From: Schizochytrium sp. TIO01
Lineage: Eukaryota > Protista > Bigyra: Labyrinthulomycetes
NCBI GenBank assembly: GCA_004764695.1
Contig: SMSO01000033.1
Location: 1,612,001-1,676,000, forward strand
Length of the DNA stretch: 64,000 nucleotides
Reading direction: 5' to 3'
Below, in pieces: positions 11,121-26,100 of the stretch (positions are counted from its first letter, which is position 1; the number at the start of each line of letters is the position of its first letter). The position numbers and the translations under genes are program-made. Under the pieces are notes generated by a model. The model ran no database searches, was not told the DNA's origin, and worked only from the letters and a program-made list of their open reading frames with translations.

Positions 11121-14100
11121 TCAGAGGATGCAAACTAATAGCTTCACCTGTGCAGTCGCTATGTTCTGCTCCAATGCGGTCCAAATCTAGACTTGTGATT
11201 TCTCCACTGGAAAGGTCAGTAGATCCTTCTACGTAAGCGATACTTGCACTTGTATCTCCGAAGTAGAACCCATCGTTCGAAACAGAGACACTCAGGTATT
11301 TAACTGTTTCTACAGCATTGGCGCCGTCTGCAGCAAAAGATGCTCGGCTTGGTAGACGGCAGCGGATACGAGTGCGACTCTCGAAAACAGCTGGGACAGT
11401 CAAAATGTTAGCGGTCGAACTGAGAGGAGGATTGATGCTCGGCAAACCATACTCTAGGACAAAAGCATCACTTTCATGATCAATAACTGTAAAGCGGCAC
11501 ACTGTTGTGGCAATGTTGAAAAAGTTGCGTCCGATCACAGTCAAAAAGGTCCCCCCGAAAGCTGGCACTTGAACTGGACAAACGCGTTCTACATGCACAG
11601 TATCGTTCGACCAGATAGGTGACGAAGCATCTTCATCGACAACTAGAATTCGTTGCACGACCTCAACCTCGGCTTCGATATATCCAGACGTTGACGATCC
11701 CGATGCAGAGTCGAAAGCGCGCTCTGTACCATCCATGGTTGTGTATGTTAATGTTGGTAAGTAAATTTTTTCCTGAATATACCATCCCCAGGTACCATGC
11801 GAACGTGTTCCATATTCCTTATCGCAAACATCGACTCCTGCGATTTCACAATCTGTGAGGTCTGAAGATCCAGAATCTGAACTGGTACTACGTGGACAAC
11901 GATTGCGCATCGTTTCTGCAGCTGCAGATGCTGGTGGACAATAATATCCAGCGACACACTTATTGCGCTCTCGAAGATAACCCTTAGTACCACGTTCACA
12001 AAAATTGCCTTCGGGGCACTTCAAAGAAAAAATATCATCCGGAGTAGTAGAATCGTATGCAAAGTATCCAGCAGGCACTTGATAGCTAAACTGTGCTGAC
12101 GAGTCCGTTCCCTGAGGACAAACATGGCCTGAGGGACAAGCTGTACTCTGAGTAAGGTTAGACATTGCCTCCACGCCACAAACACGAGAACTTGGGCAGG
12201 GCTCGCACAATGAAATGTCCGTCGCACCACGAAACTGATTCCATGTTCCCACAGGACAGAGTTTGCACGTTACATCGTCGGCCAGGGATCGATAAGTTCC
12301 TGCAGAGCAGATTGTTGGTTCGTAAGTACCATAGCCTTGGCATGTGAATCCTGCGGGGCAGACTCGACACTCCGTGCTTGAGTTCTGTGGTGCATAGGTT
12401 CCAGGGAAGCAAAGGGTTGGTACGATTGAACCTGTAAGCGAGGCAAATGTACCAATAGGCGCGTGGATAGGGTAGGCCGAGCCTGGAGGACAGTAGTGTC
12501 CACGGTGACATGCGCCAGTTCCACCCGGCGTAGAGCTTGCCCATTCGCAATATGCACCTTCAGTACAGGTTTGCGGCGCTTCTGCTCCTTCTGGAGTATC
12601 AGGAACCCAGTCAATGGTGGTGTTATGTGCTACACCACCCAGACAAAATGTTCCAGGAGCACATGGCAGTGGTCTCAGTGAAGCATTTACAACCTGCAAG
12701 TATGTTGGAGATAGCGTACTTGCAAGCATATCTAAGAGCTCCTCACGCACTACAGTGATATTGTGCTCTAGACACGAGGTACCAACTTGCGGATAAATTG
12801 GGACTCCATCAGTTGTGCGAGGTTCAGGCATACATGCCACATCGGAGGAGTCCACATGATCCGGACGAATCAGGGTCAATGTTCCCTCGCTGCAGTAGTA
12901 ACCTGCAGGACAAAGAATAATAGGTGCGGACAAAGCCTCTGTATAACATACAAACCCTGCTGGGCAAATCACAGGCTCGGTACGTTGCCATCCTGGACAA
13001 ATATGTCCAACAGGACATACAGTACAGTTGGCCTGGCCTTCAAAACGATTATAGGTTCCAGGAAAACAGTCCACTGGTTTAAGATTACCAACGCCAGGAC
13101 AATGCGTGCCTGGCGGGCACGGAATTGCCTCAAGCGCACCATCACTAGTTGGACAATAGTGCCCAGATGGACATGCACCAGAACCCTCAGGCATTGAAGA
13201 ACCTGGAGGGCAGAAAAACCCATCATGGCATCTCTGCGGCGTTGAAAAGTTTGAAAGTTGGGGAGTTATATTGGAAACTCCACTTCGACAGAATGTTCCA
13301 GCAGGACAAGGGCGGGGAATCTCAGCGAATGGAGCCGTCTCGATTTCAACAGAGTTGTCTTTAGCATTGTACTTCTGATCAAAGCTATATCCAGGACTGT
13401 CACTATGTCCAAGTGAGGAATAGCCTGTTGCAGATCCAGCTCGCCGAGACAAAACCCAATCAGAGCCCGAAGATGCCCACATGAATTGAAGAAACCCAGT
13501 CAGTGCACTGCGTGACCATAAGTCATCTGTCAAGCCAACAAAATAAGGCTTCGTTGGAGTTTCCCCTTTCATTTGACCAGAATGCTGAAACGCAGTTAGA
13601 TTCGCAGTTTTAGTTCCTGGTGCACAAAAATGACCAGCAGGACACGCAGTGCGAGGTTCGCGAAGTCCCAAAACATCACAAACAAATCCAGGCAGGCACA
13701 AGATAGGCTTGCTTAGCCCATGATCCGGACAGAAGTATCCAACCGGGCACTCAAGACACGTACTTTGACCTGCGCGAGGCTGAAATGTACCGGGAGAGCA
13801 CAATGTAAAATTTGTCATGTATGGCTTCGACACAACTGTTCCATTCGGAGACTCCAGCAAAGAACCCATGGCGACATAATTACCAGGCTGGGAACCCTTT
13901 TCGATTGTAGCAAACACCTTTGTGGTGGTAAGATCGTGACCGTTGTTGGAAACACGAACCAGCATATCCGATGGATCAGATGCTTTTAGAGTTGGAATTG
14001 TACATGAAACGAGACTCGGTGAAATGAACAAAGCGGAAACCATGTAAGACTCCCCAAACCAACATGATAATTCCGTGGTGTTCTTGAAATGACTGCCCTT

Positions 14101-17100
14101 GACGAACAGTGGAATTCCTCCAAAACCAACGATCCGCGACGGGATAACTGCATGAACGCTTGGGTCAGGATAATACACAAACTTAAACCCAGCATAGACA
14201 AAGTCGACGCCGTTGTTTGATATTTCTACCGATACACCATCAACGAGACCTGATTTGGAAAAAGCGGGAGGCGTTTGGCAAAGAATTTCTGATGAGCTAA
14301 CGAATCTTGCCAGGCGCGAAACTGAACCATCAAATCGGCAAGTAAGGCTTTGTGAAGACATAAAACCAGTACCATGTATGGTGAGAACTGTTCCTCCAGC
14401 TTGAGCAGGCCCAGATAGGGGAAATATACTTTCAATGGACGGAACTTCATCCTGATAATTGAATTCAACAGTAGACGCCGTGGTGAAATCAGCGCCACTA
14501 TTCTGTGATATTTGCACGAAAACTTTTTCACTCCGTGAACTTCCTTCCGAACGCGCAGGGGTCTTGCAAGCTACGAGACTAATGCGATTAGATACGCCTA
14601 AATCAATTCGGGTCTTGTAGCTCAAAGCTAGCGAACCTGGAGTCAATGCTGAGTCCCCAAATTTACATAGTAAAGCACCACTTTGATTTGCACTGTCAAC
14701 ATGAAGGTTCTCCACTGCGATGAGGGTCTCTGTTCCACCAATATAGGAACCAGATGAAGGGTACACACGTAAAACTTTTGGCCTACGAAGGTAGGTGAAG
14801 CGCATAGTCGATTTTGAGAGTGCACCCTTGCCATCCGCATCAATAAGGCTCACTTCAAAGGCTACCGATGCTATGGATGCCCGACCTAAATATGGAGGCG
14901 CAAGGCACCTCAGCGTAGTTGAGTTAACTACCTCAGCAATATTAGTCTCGGTATCACCAAAGCGGCAGCGCGCTGGAAATTTACCTGAAGAAGGTAAAAA
15001 ACCCATACCATGAACACTCACCCAGGTACCACCATCAGTAGGGCCATTGTCAGGAGAGAGCGAAAATATCTGAGGCCCATTCACGTATTGTAAAACCTGG
15101 GCTCCATCAGAAAAGTCCACTCCATTATGCGTTACTTCTACAATAACAGGGCCAACTGCATGGGCAGGCGCAGTGCAGCGAATCTCTTTGCTACTTATAT
15201 AAAAAGCAGGTACCAGAGCCTCGCTGCCTCCAAATTTGCATGCAAGAGCATCTGTATTCACAAAATAGTGTCCAAGAACCACAATTTCGAAGTTGCCCTC
15301 TGTGTATCCGATCTCAGGAGAAAGTCTAGTGACTTCTGGACGACCAACATTCCGAAGGCGGTAAACCGGTGTGTACAGAACCTCTCCAGAGTCACCCTTT
15401 GACTGCAGCTGCAAAATCATCTCATTTCCAGGTTGATTAGATAGAGATGGATTAATTTCACATGACAAAACTTTGGAGGCCGCATTTGAAGACAGCTCCA
15501 CACAAGATTCACTTGCAGCGCCTTCTAAGTCTAGTAGACTATGGGAAGTGAAAATAGGGGAAACCTCAGCAAGCTCAATTTGAACAACCGTACCATCAAC
15601 AAGGTCACTAAGTTCTGGGGTGACCTTGACCACTTTGGGGGCGCGAACATATGAGAAATCAAATCCAGTCTCCACATAATGCTGACCACCATCAAACGAT
15701 ACCTGAACTTTTGTAGTTTGTACAGAGTGACCAGGGCTGGGTGGAACAATACAGGCTACTGTTCTAGAAACTTTGTCGAGCACAGCACGAGATGCAGAAT
15801 CCCCAATCGAACACATAACTGAAGCTTTTTGTAATGTTGATGCAGAGGCCTCGGAGAGGGTCATATATGTGATAATGCCGCCCTCTACACTTCCTCCTGC
15901 TGGTGAAAGGCTACCAATGAATTCAGCTCGCCACCAGCGCAGAAGATTCAAAGAATTGGATAGTTCTTGGCCATTCAATGTCAACTGAACAACCGAATTT
16001 TCGACAGTGACGCTCGATGCAAGGGGTACAGTGCACTCGGCTTCTTCACTGCTTATCATGACTGCCTGTGTAATTGCTGTGCTTCCATCCGGGTCTGTAA
16101 AAACGCATCGCATTGTTTCCATCTCCTGTCTGAAGTGATTACCAAAAAGCTTGATTGTCACTCCACCATCAACGTGAACTATACTCGGAGACGAATTATG
16201 TAAGATAGGATCGCGAATGTAATCAAAACGAGCAATTTCCGTTGTCGTTGCCCCAACAAGAGTGATGTAAGCATAATGAACCCTGTCGTCAGGACGCGCC
16301 GGGACAATGCATTCAAGACGAGTCTCAGTCACCGAAATCGCTTGCACACGTATGGCATCGCTTGCATCACCGCGCATGCGAAACTCGCAAAATTCTGTTT
16401 TGAGAAAGTTTTCTCCAGAGATTGCGAGGACAGTTCCACCCAGAAAGCTGCCAAAAGTAGGAGAGATATTAGATAGAGTTGGCGCTGCTACAACAGTCAG
16501 CTTTAGGGTCTCTGTATTTAATTTGGGTTTGTGGTACTCCACTCCATTTCCTCCACTGAGCTCAATTGCAAGTTCAAATGAATTCTCTTGTGGTCCAAGC
16601 TCACCAAGAGTTGACGGTGTCCGGCAAAGAGCTTCCGTTTCGCTCAGAATTGTTGCAGGGGTCATGACTAAACCACCAAAACGACACCAAATCTCACTAC
16701 CGTTCTCGAAATCCTTCAATGGAAAGAGACTTCCAAATAAAGTAATAGTTTCACCACCAAGGTTCCGCACAATACTGGGGCTCATCTGAATAATTCTCGG
16801 TAAAGGCACATAACGAAAGATAAGGGGTCCATTTACTTCAAGACCAACAAAGTCTTTCTTTCCATTCAAAAGAACGCTTACGATGACATTCTGGGGACTG
16901 TGCTTCGAAAAGTCTGGAGATAAACATTCTAGCAGTGTACTGCTTCTCCGCCTAGCATTCACCAAGTAACTCAAAGTTCCTTGGTTGAATTGGCAATGCA
17001 ACTGTCCAGATGCAGGAAAGCCAGAGCCTCTAATGAGCACAACTGTACCACCATACATCGACCCTGATGTTGGTTGAATTGAACGAATAACTGCCTGCGG

Positions 17101-20100
17101 TACTGAGGTGAATATCTGTTCGCTGATAGTCCAAGGACGACCATCCTCAATGCTTGCAAGCCCTACCCAGATTGTTCGATTTGTTAAAAACCGATGATGA
17201 TTTTCATCATCTTCGGCAAAGTCAGGTGTTGAGCAATGTCCTTCACTACCATGGAAATTGAAACTTTGCTGCAGTGTAAAGTGTTTGGCCTCCGACGCGA
17301 CGATGCTGAGCTGGGTTATCACCTGCAATCCAAGAGAAGCTACACACCAGCATGTCATGAAGAAGTCTAGGCACAGGATTATCCAGGGTTAAATTTAATT
17401 CTGTGCCGCCCCTCAACTGTCCAAAAGATGGACTTATGCTGATAAGATCCAATGGCGGGAAAGCCGTAAAGCTAATCTCTTGAGGTGCGTGAGATATATG
17501 AACACCGGCAATGAGAGATGATCGCAATGATACTGATACTTTACGATGCGACGTTGCTTTTTGAAGTGGTATGAATGAAAGAGGACAAATAACTTTGTCT
17601 AAAGTTTCATCCAGTGCTGCTGGAGTTTCTGCCCTAAAGTCATTATCAGCTGTAAATGAGCACATCAAAGCATATCGATGATCTGATGCATATAAAAGTT
17701 CAGAATGAACAATAGAAAGCTCAACAGAGCTCGGTTTCGTAGCATGTGTCGTTATATATCTCGGCTCGACCTCTCGGAGTTCTACCAGGGGCAGAACTTG
17801 AAGCTCTGCATAGTCAAGAACAGAGACGGCATTTGGAGTATTCGAAACTCGAACCAGGTAGACGCGCTCTGATTCGAGCGTTTCGGGTACAGAACAACGG
17901 ACTCTGTGTCTCGAGACAAAACTTGCTTCGGTTGACATAAAAGAGTCGCTATGCTCAGACAAAGGGTCCTCGAAAACGCAAAGCAGAGCTTGGTTGCTAG
18001 TAGAGCTAACAGAAAAGCCATCTCCTATTACATCAATGGTTGTTCTTCTGTTTGCAAACGTGCTCGATGGTTCAACAGCACGGACTACAGGAACAGAGTA
18101 AAACGTATAGGGTGCACCTCTGGACGTCGATGACCATTGAGCTCCATTGTTATAAGAAACAATAATACTCGTTGAAAGATGTACGTCTCCACTTTTGAGC
18201 TCCACAGCTGGAGCTTCGCAATAGAATCCAAAATCATCTGGCCTTTTCGCTGCAATTTGCGCAAATGGCAATTTCTCGCCAATTTTAACAAATCCACAGT
18301 GAGTAACCTTCTCATGATCAAGAACTCCTGTCATGTATATATGCTCTCCACCTTCGGTAGTCCCTAAGGTGGGATTTGCATTTGCATGAGCTTCGCTTAG
18401 GTCGTCAAAGTAAGTAAAAATCGAACCACTCTGCATTTCACTGTAGACTTTTCCATTCCATGATATTGAGAATTTGACCTCGTCTGACCCTTGCTCAGTG
18501 TTGGCAGAAGCTGGTGTGATACATGCGAGCCGACGGTACGATGGTGTACCTGAAAGCTCTGTTGCTTCAACCAAAGTGTTTCCAAACCTGCATGTGAAAC
18601 CTTGGGGACCATAGTATGCATCCAATATGCCTCCCCACAAGAATTTTACTTCGACCAATGTGCCGCCCGATCGGGGACCTCGCAAAGGCTCCGCGCTCAA
18701 GACACTAAGAGGTTCTGCGATAGAGATTGTATCACAAGCGACATCAGCACCGCCGTTTCCCGAAATGCATACCTCCAAGCTAGCAAGAGAACTCCACAAC
18801 ATCTCTGTGATAGAACCCATCTCACAGCTTGCGACATTATCTGTCTCAAGATATGAGATTGACTCGGTTATCGTATCATGTGTTTCAGGATCACGAAATA
18901 CACATGCCAATGTGTCCATTATTGGGAAGCCCTCTCCTCTTATATGGAATAAGGTGGACTCAGAAAATCGAATCACGTTAAAAGGCTCTATTCCCTCTGG
19001 AGCAATGAGTAGAACAGATTGGTATTGAAAAGATCCTCGGTATAACACATGGCGAGAAATCGTTTCTAGCAAAGTTACGATGACACTCTCACCATCATTT
19101 CCTTCTGGAGTTTGGCATGAAAGCGTAGAACTATCTAATTGGTAAGCGGGGACTTCACTTGCATCGGACCCAAATGTGCACGACCACATTGCAGCCCCGG
19201 CTGACAAAGCAATTCGCATATTCTGAAACTGCAAGACAGTTCCTCCACTGGCAGGTCCAAACTGTGGCTTCATTGTCCCATCAAAAGAATGAGCAACAAA
19301 TGTGAACTTCTGGTCTGGAAAGGTGTAAAAATCCTCCCCATTAAGAGTCACGCCAACAGAAACAGTCTCTTCCTCTTTTGTTGGCCACCCAGGGGATAGA
19401 CACTCTACTTCGACACGACGCAGATCTGAAATTTTTGCTGAAGAACTGAGTATTCGGCCAGGGACAGATGCAGAAGTACCAAATCTACACCTAATCAGCT
19501 CAACAGACTCTTCAGTGTGTTTCAGGTCTGTGTAGAACTCAACACGAACCTTGATTCCACCAAGGGCGCTACCTCGAGATGGTGTTACAGTCTTTGTTCC
19601 AAGTACTCGATAGGGCAGGAAGACAAGGTCTTTGGATTCGCACAATGCTGGTAAAGGTTGTCCTCTAGAGGTGACACCAACTTGAACCGGTGACCCACTA
19701 TTCCCGAATGGTGGAGACAAACACCACAGTTCAGTCGGTGATACATAGTGTGCTTCGGTACTTAAAGGAATTGCGGTAGCTGATCTTGAAAGAGTAAACG
19801 TGCACATCAAGGAATAACTAGGCTTAAAGTCGAAACCCTTAATACGAATGCGCGTTCCACCTTCCCAGGGACCTTTCGGAGTTTGAAGACCTAATAAGTA
19901 AGGTGGTGCAGAGTATGTGAACGAAAGTTCGTTTGAAGAATAATCGACACCTCCATTAGTCGAAATCCTCACTTTCACCTCCGCGGGAGAAAGATCAAAC
20001 GCAGGAGGACTGACGCACGATACCAAAGAGGAAGAAACTGCATTCCCTTTGACAACAATATCACCAAATTTACAGGTAATATTTTCTCCAAAAGGTTGCT

Positions 20101-23100
20101 TCCAGATACAAGAGCTTGTACTCCTCCCGTAGCAGGCGCTTCAAATGGAACAATAGACTCGAGCTCCGGGACGTGTCGATACGTGAATTCCCCAACATTG
20201 ACATAGCTCTCTTTGTCCAAAGATACCTTAAGATCAATAACAAATTCTGATTGCTCTTGCGTTGCCCATTTTAAAGCTGGTGCTATGCAAAGAAGTATAC
20301 CATTATCCACCAGCGTTGCCTTCACAAGACCAGCAGAACCGAATTGGCAAACTGCATCCCCAAGCTCTACTCCACTTAGCATACTTCCATAGAGATATAC
20401 TGGGGAGCCACCAAACAAAGGCCCCGACTTCGGTTCAAAGTTATCAATTCCGATACCATCGAGAACTTGGAAGGCAAGTGTTTTAGACGACTGCCGTTGT
20501 GGCACCTCCATGCCCTCTAGAACTAAAGAAAATGAATAAATACCTTGGCTCAAACTTTCTGGAACCTTGCACGAAAGAAGACTGGACGAGTGACGGCGAG
20601 CATCTGAGAAATAATCTGCGATTCCACTCTTAACAAATTTGCATTGAAACATATGATCATTTGAAAGGTCCGTGATATTGGGAAACCCTTCTCCTATAAT
20701 ATGCATAGTACTAGCCCCTGCTTGACTGTTATAAGAGAGAGGCCAAATGTTATGAACGAGAACCTTCTGATGATAAGAGAAGTGAAACTCCGATAGAGTT
20801 TGGTCTTCGTGTAGTAAAAGGCGGACAACTATGTCATCTGCGTAGCTCATTTTTGATCTCGACGGAGTGGTGCACATCCACACATTTGTTTCATTGGTGC
20901 TAGCCTTGGATACAGCTCCGTAGGACTTTACGTTTGCATGAAGGGCTTGAAACTCACATTTAAGAGTTTTTAATTCATCTTCCAAAGACTCTAAATCAAG
21001 TGTATTATCCCAGAGGAGTGAAAATCGAATGGAAGTTCCACCGCGAGCAGGACCTGCCCTGGGAATAATATTCTGAACCTCTATTGGTGGCACGTACGTA
21101 AACTCTCCAACACCGATGGCGTCCACTCCGTTTGTTGACAAGCGTATGTTGACTTTACCAGTACTAACAGCAGCTGGAGTTAAACATGTAACAGAATTGG
21201 GACTAAGCCAAGTCGCAGGAACTGCAATGTAACCGAACTCACAACGCAAGAGAGGTGAACGAGGGATGTTTGTACCAAAAATAGAAACTGCAGTACTGCC
21301 AGATTTCCACCCAAAAGATGGCGCAAAGCCTGCAATGGTCGTGACAGGATGAAACACAAAAGGCCATGGAAGAGATCCCGAGAAGTCAACTCCATTGCGA
21401 GAAATACTGATCAGAGCTGAGCCAGGCTGACTTACTCTGGGAGACTCACAGTGAATCTGAGACTCACTTACAAAATTTCCCTGAACAGAGTAACGGTCTC
21501 CACCTGGAAATTCAAAACGACAGACCAGTAGATCTCTAGAGCTGAAATGGTAACCTGAAACCACAATTGGTGTTCCACCAAATGTAGACCCTGAATTAGG
21601 CGTCAGAGAATCGAGTATGAGATCGTCCTGATAAGTAAAAGGTATATATCCGGACGCGGAGGATGGTTGGTCGCCGTATACAATTTGAATGCCTACCTCG
21701 GTAGTTTCCAAAACTTGAGAATCTGTAATACGAAGTTGCTCCAAGGGTGGTGCTATACATATAATCTCTCGCGAGGAAATTACTGTTGCGGGTTCCCGGA
21801 CTCTCAATTCGCCAAAAATGCACGCGGCATTTAAAGGAGAAGTTTCGGTGTCACTAAGAGAATTGAACGTACCTAGAATTCGAATTGGCGTTCCTCCTGA
21901 TTTGGGGCCTATTGTTGGTTCAGCGCGAGATACCACTACAGGGGCTAATAACTGGAAAGGAAAGCTCTCCGCACTGACCCCAAAGTTACCCTGAAGTCTA
22001 ACCTTCACCATGCGTGAAGTGCCAGGTGGCAGCTCAGATGGCCAAAGTGGGCTCTCACACTCTGCCGTACCATGACTTAGAACAGATGCACTTGTATGAA
22101 CCTGCAACTGCTGATCCTGACTTGACCAAACACACAAAAGTTCATCATCGGTGGCAAACCCGGCACCATAGACTGTTACAGAGGCGCCGCCGAGACTTAG
22201 AGCGATGCTAGGAGACACTCCCAATAGTCGAGGAGCAGGAAGAACCTCTAGAACCAGCGTAGTTGTCCCATCCATGGATGAAATAAGTCTATGTTCAAGA
22301 CCTTCCAGAACCACTTCTACTGATACAATGCCCGGTGTCGTCAAGTTGATTGTGTCGCAAACGATTAGCTCTGACGACTTTACAATGGCTCTCGACTGCC
22401 ATTTCTTTCGCATGCTAGCCTCGTCAAGCACTGTAAAAAGGCAATTGTACGTAGAATTGAATCGGAAACCTTGGCCTTCAAATTTGAGAGAATTCTGCAA
22501 TCCAGGTTGGATGAAACGTTTATCCATGGTGCTTGTGAGAATCGGAGCCAGAAATACGGCAGTGTTAGCCGAAACTTCTGTAAGCGCATGCCCAGGGAAA
22601 TTTGGGGAAAACGAAAGTGTTGCATGCATAGAATGATGAAAGTCTATTCGATTCCTCATTATTGAACCGCTGCAACGAACTACGTGTGGCTGTGAGAGAG
22701 AAACATTAAGTAGAATGGGTACTTGACCACTACTTCCAAAAGTGATTGCGCAGACTGGAGCTACCATTCGTAGGGCTTGACTCTTTTTCAAGACAATATT
22801 GAAGTCAAAGAGACCCGTTTTTGGATCTACTATTATGTTGCTAGGTTTAATGCTATCAACGGCAAATCTCTCAACAACAGTGAGATTGGTTGAAGTATAA
22901 ACGTAGTTTTCACCATTGATTGCAATTCCCACAGGAAATGTGTCTCCAGGGCGCGCCTCTAGCAGAGCGGGAAGGTGGCATTTGATAGCTGTAGCCGAGA
23001 GAAATGATGCGGCAATGTTGTAGCCTTGGACACGGCACATTAGAGTCGTGGCTGGCAGAAATCCTGAGCCGTGCACAACTATGTCTTCGACTAAAACTCC

Positions 23101-26100
23101 AGAAATCTGCGACGGAATCAAAGCTCCTAGCCGAGGTTCGGCATACACATCAAGGTGCCCAACCTCAATGCGGTAGAGAGGAGAATCATGTTGCAGTGTT
23201 ACGCTCAGACGCTGAGCTTGGAATTCTTGTTCAGATACAGCCTTTGGAACAGCGCATTTGATTTCACTTTCTGACACAACGACTGCTGCACTCTTTTGTT
23301 TTCGGTCACTAAAGATGCATGTATAAGATTTTGAAAGCATAAATCCTTGACCAACGATTCGTAGTACCGCTTCGCCATCTTGCGGAACCATTGTAGGTTC
23401 AAAGTATTCAGTGACGCCGAATGATGACCATGCTTCTACAGGAACTTGTACGTCAATCCATTGTAAGCCATCGTTGAGGGAAATCCGAATGTATTCAGAA
23501 GGAATCTCGGGAAGGGCGCACACAAGCAGATTTCCAAAGTCCAGATTTACCACAGCAAGATGATTTTCTCGGCTGTCTTTACATCGGATGGAGTAAGATG
23601 TCAAGTCATCAGCAAGTTCAGTGTTAATTATAAACACACCGCAACGCCCATGAAGAACGCAGTCCGAGACCTCTTGAAAAGAGATCGTAGGAGCTCTCTC
23701 TAGCACAAAATAAAGCTCGGAGTTAGAAATTTGGCTTTCACCTGGCCGATCCGTTACCCTTATCGACACAGTTTTATGTCCCGCTCCCGAAGAAAATAAA
23801 CCCGACGATAGTGGGCATAAAAGTGTACTGTTGTTAACAAAAGAGGCATTTTGCACTTGTTCGATATCGTTGTCATAAAGACAAAAAAGTTGTAAGTTTG
23901 CAGGAAAGTTTTTGCCGTATATTTTCAAAAATGAAAGAGGGGCGCCTAATCCTGCAAAAATCATTGCAGATTCTACTTCAACTATTTCCCAGTAAGGGAC
24001 AAGTTCAATTGAAACAGAGCTTTGTGAAAAGCTCTGACCCTCATCGATCGAGACGCAAATTTTTACATTGCTCCATGCACCAAAATAGTCATGAATACCC
24101 TCCGGTAACCAGCATATTGCCTGAGAAGCACTCAGAGTGTGCCCAGGTGAAACCAAAGCATATGTTGCATTCTCATGACACGAAAAGCAGTCTCTCAAAA
24201 ACTTGCATTGCAAAGAACCAGAGCTAAAACCAGACCCCGACAGTTCGATTACGTTTGAAGATACCGTAGGGGAATAAGGCAGCACTGAAGTTGTCGACTG
24301 TTCCACAAAAGGTGCTTGCCGAAAGGTGAAAGTTCCAAGAGCAACTACATCTACCCCATGTTGCAGAACACGAAGAGTTGATATTGTAGGTCCTTTTTGC
24401 TGGGGTGTGATACATGTGAGTCGCATTCCATCTTCAGAAAGTGTGTGCACAATTCCAAATTTAGTTTGACCTTGTGAGTTTATAAATTGGCATTCGATGG
24501 TGGACTTCGAAGATTTGATGGGCGAAGCAAGTGTCACTGTAACCAGCGTGCCTCCAAGGATAGGACCCGATTTCGGAATGAGCTCAGTAGTGTTAGCGTT
24601 TGAATGACTGTAGTCACTCAGGCTTCGACGCCTAAATCGAAGATGAAATGGGAGGGATTCAACTTGTACATCTGCACGAGAACCAAACAGCAGATGTAAT
24701 GTCACATTTTCATTCCGGAAGTCCATCTCTAGTGCAGATGGGACCACACAAGCAACTATGTGTTTGTCAATAACCATGGCCGAAGTTTGTACCATACCAA
24801 AGTCACAGTTAACCGGAATCTTAAGAGGCAGCATAGATACATGAAGGTTAACCAATTGACCAGGTTCAGGTATTTCAGGATCAGTACGCAAGATTGAGAC
24901 ATCTCCAATCGCTTGAATACTGACGAAGGCGATCTCGTTTTGATCGCCATATTTCTGAGAGATTATAACATCTTGTAGATTGTCATCGGGCCACTGGTTA
25001 ATGTCGTTTCGTACATAAAGGCGTGCAAGGTTGATCTCAGCCTCTTGATAGCCCAAGAATGGGATAAACCCAGGGATTTCACATGACACCATAGAATTAG
25101 AATGGTACAATACACGCCTTGATTTTATACACGATGAAAGCTTAGCATCGCAAATTGCACACCCCAAATCTATGGTGGAAGAAAACCCTGCACCCGATAC
25201 TCGCACAAGAGTTGCTCTAGTCGCTGAGATAGTCTTTGTTTGTGGGTTTGCGACAATAGCTTGGGGGGCCCTGTAGACTTGCAATTCCTGCCCATGGTCC
25301 CAAAATACTGTTGCACTATCCCGTTCAGTCTCGCCGATCTGTAGAGATACTGCATTGAGATCACTGCACTTAGCTGAGCTACACATGGGGACTTCACAAA
25401 CAATGTCCCATGTTTTATTCACCAAACCCTCTTTAGAGGATTTTGCGCAAACTCCTTTACCTTCTCCAACTTTTGCAAAAAAGGGCGTTTCCAGGGAAAT
25501 TAGTTTGTCGAACTGTGTTACACATGCCTCTACGAGTTTCAGTCGTAGTGTGAAAGGTGAGTAGGGGTCTGCCCATGCTGGAGCTGCGTCGACAACGACT
25601 GGATTACTAACAGCCTCAAAGAAGAGTGGACCTTCCGAACGAACCCATGATGACTCTCCTGATGGTGATTCACTGCGGACACGGATGTAGAATGCACCAA
25701 GTGAGTGAAACGCCGGGGATCTGCATTCTAAATGATGAGAATCTTGCCAGAATGCAGATGTGCTTGCAACTCGGTTCTGCCCTTCAACCGAATAAAAATC
25801 ACAGGTGTACAGAAACTCCACGAATAGGTTACGACCACTGATGAGAATGTGAGTCCCCCCACTTTGAAATCCAATAGATGGTTCATTGGAAACAATGGCC
25901 AACTCTGGAATAACACTAACTATTGCAAACGACTCGGTGAGATCAGCAAAGTTCGACGTCACGCGAACTTCAAACATTGTCTCATTTTCGTAAAGAAGAA
26001 GATCAGATGGCACTGGACAGTGCAAAACACTAGAAGAGATGACCACGGCTTGTGATGGGATCCCATCTACCAAGTTATTGTGCTCTTCAGATGCTTTAAA

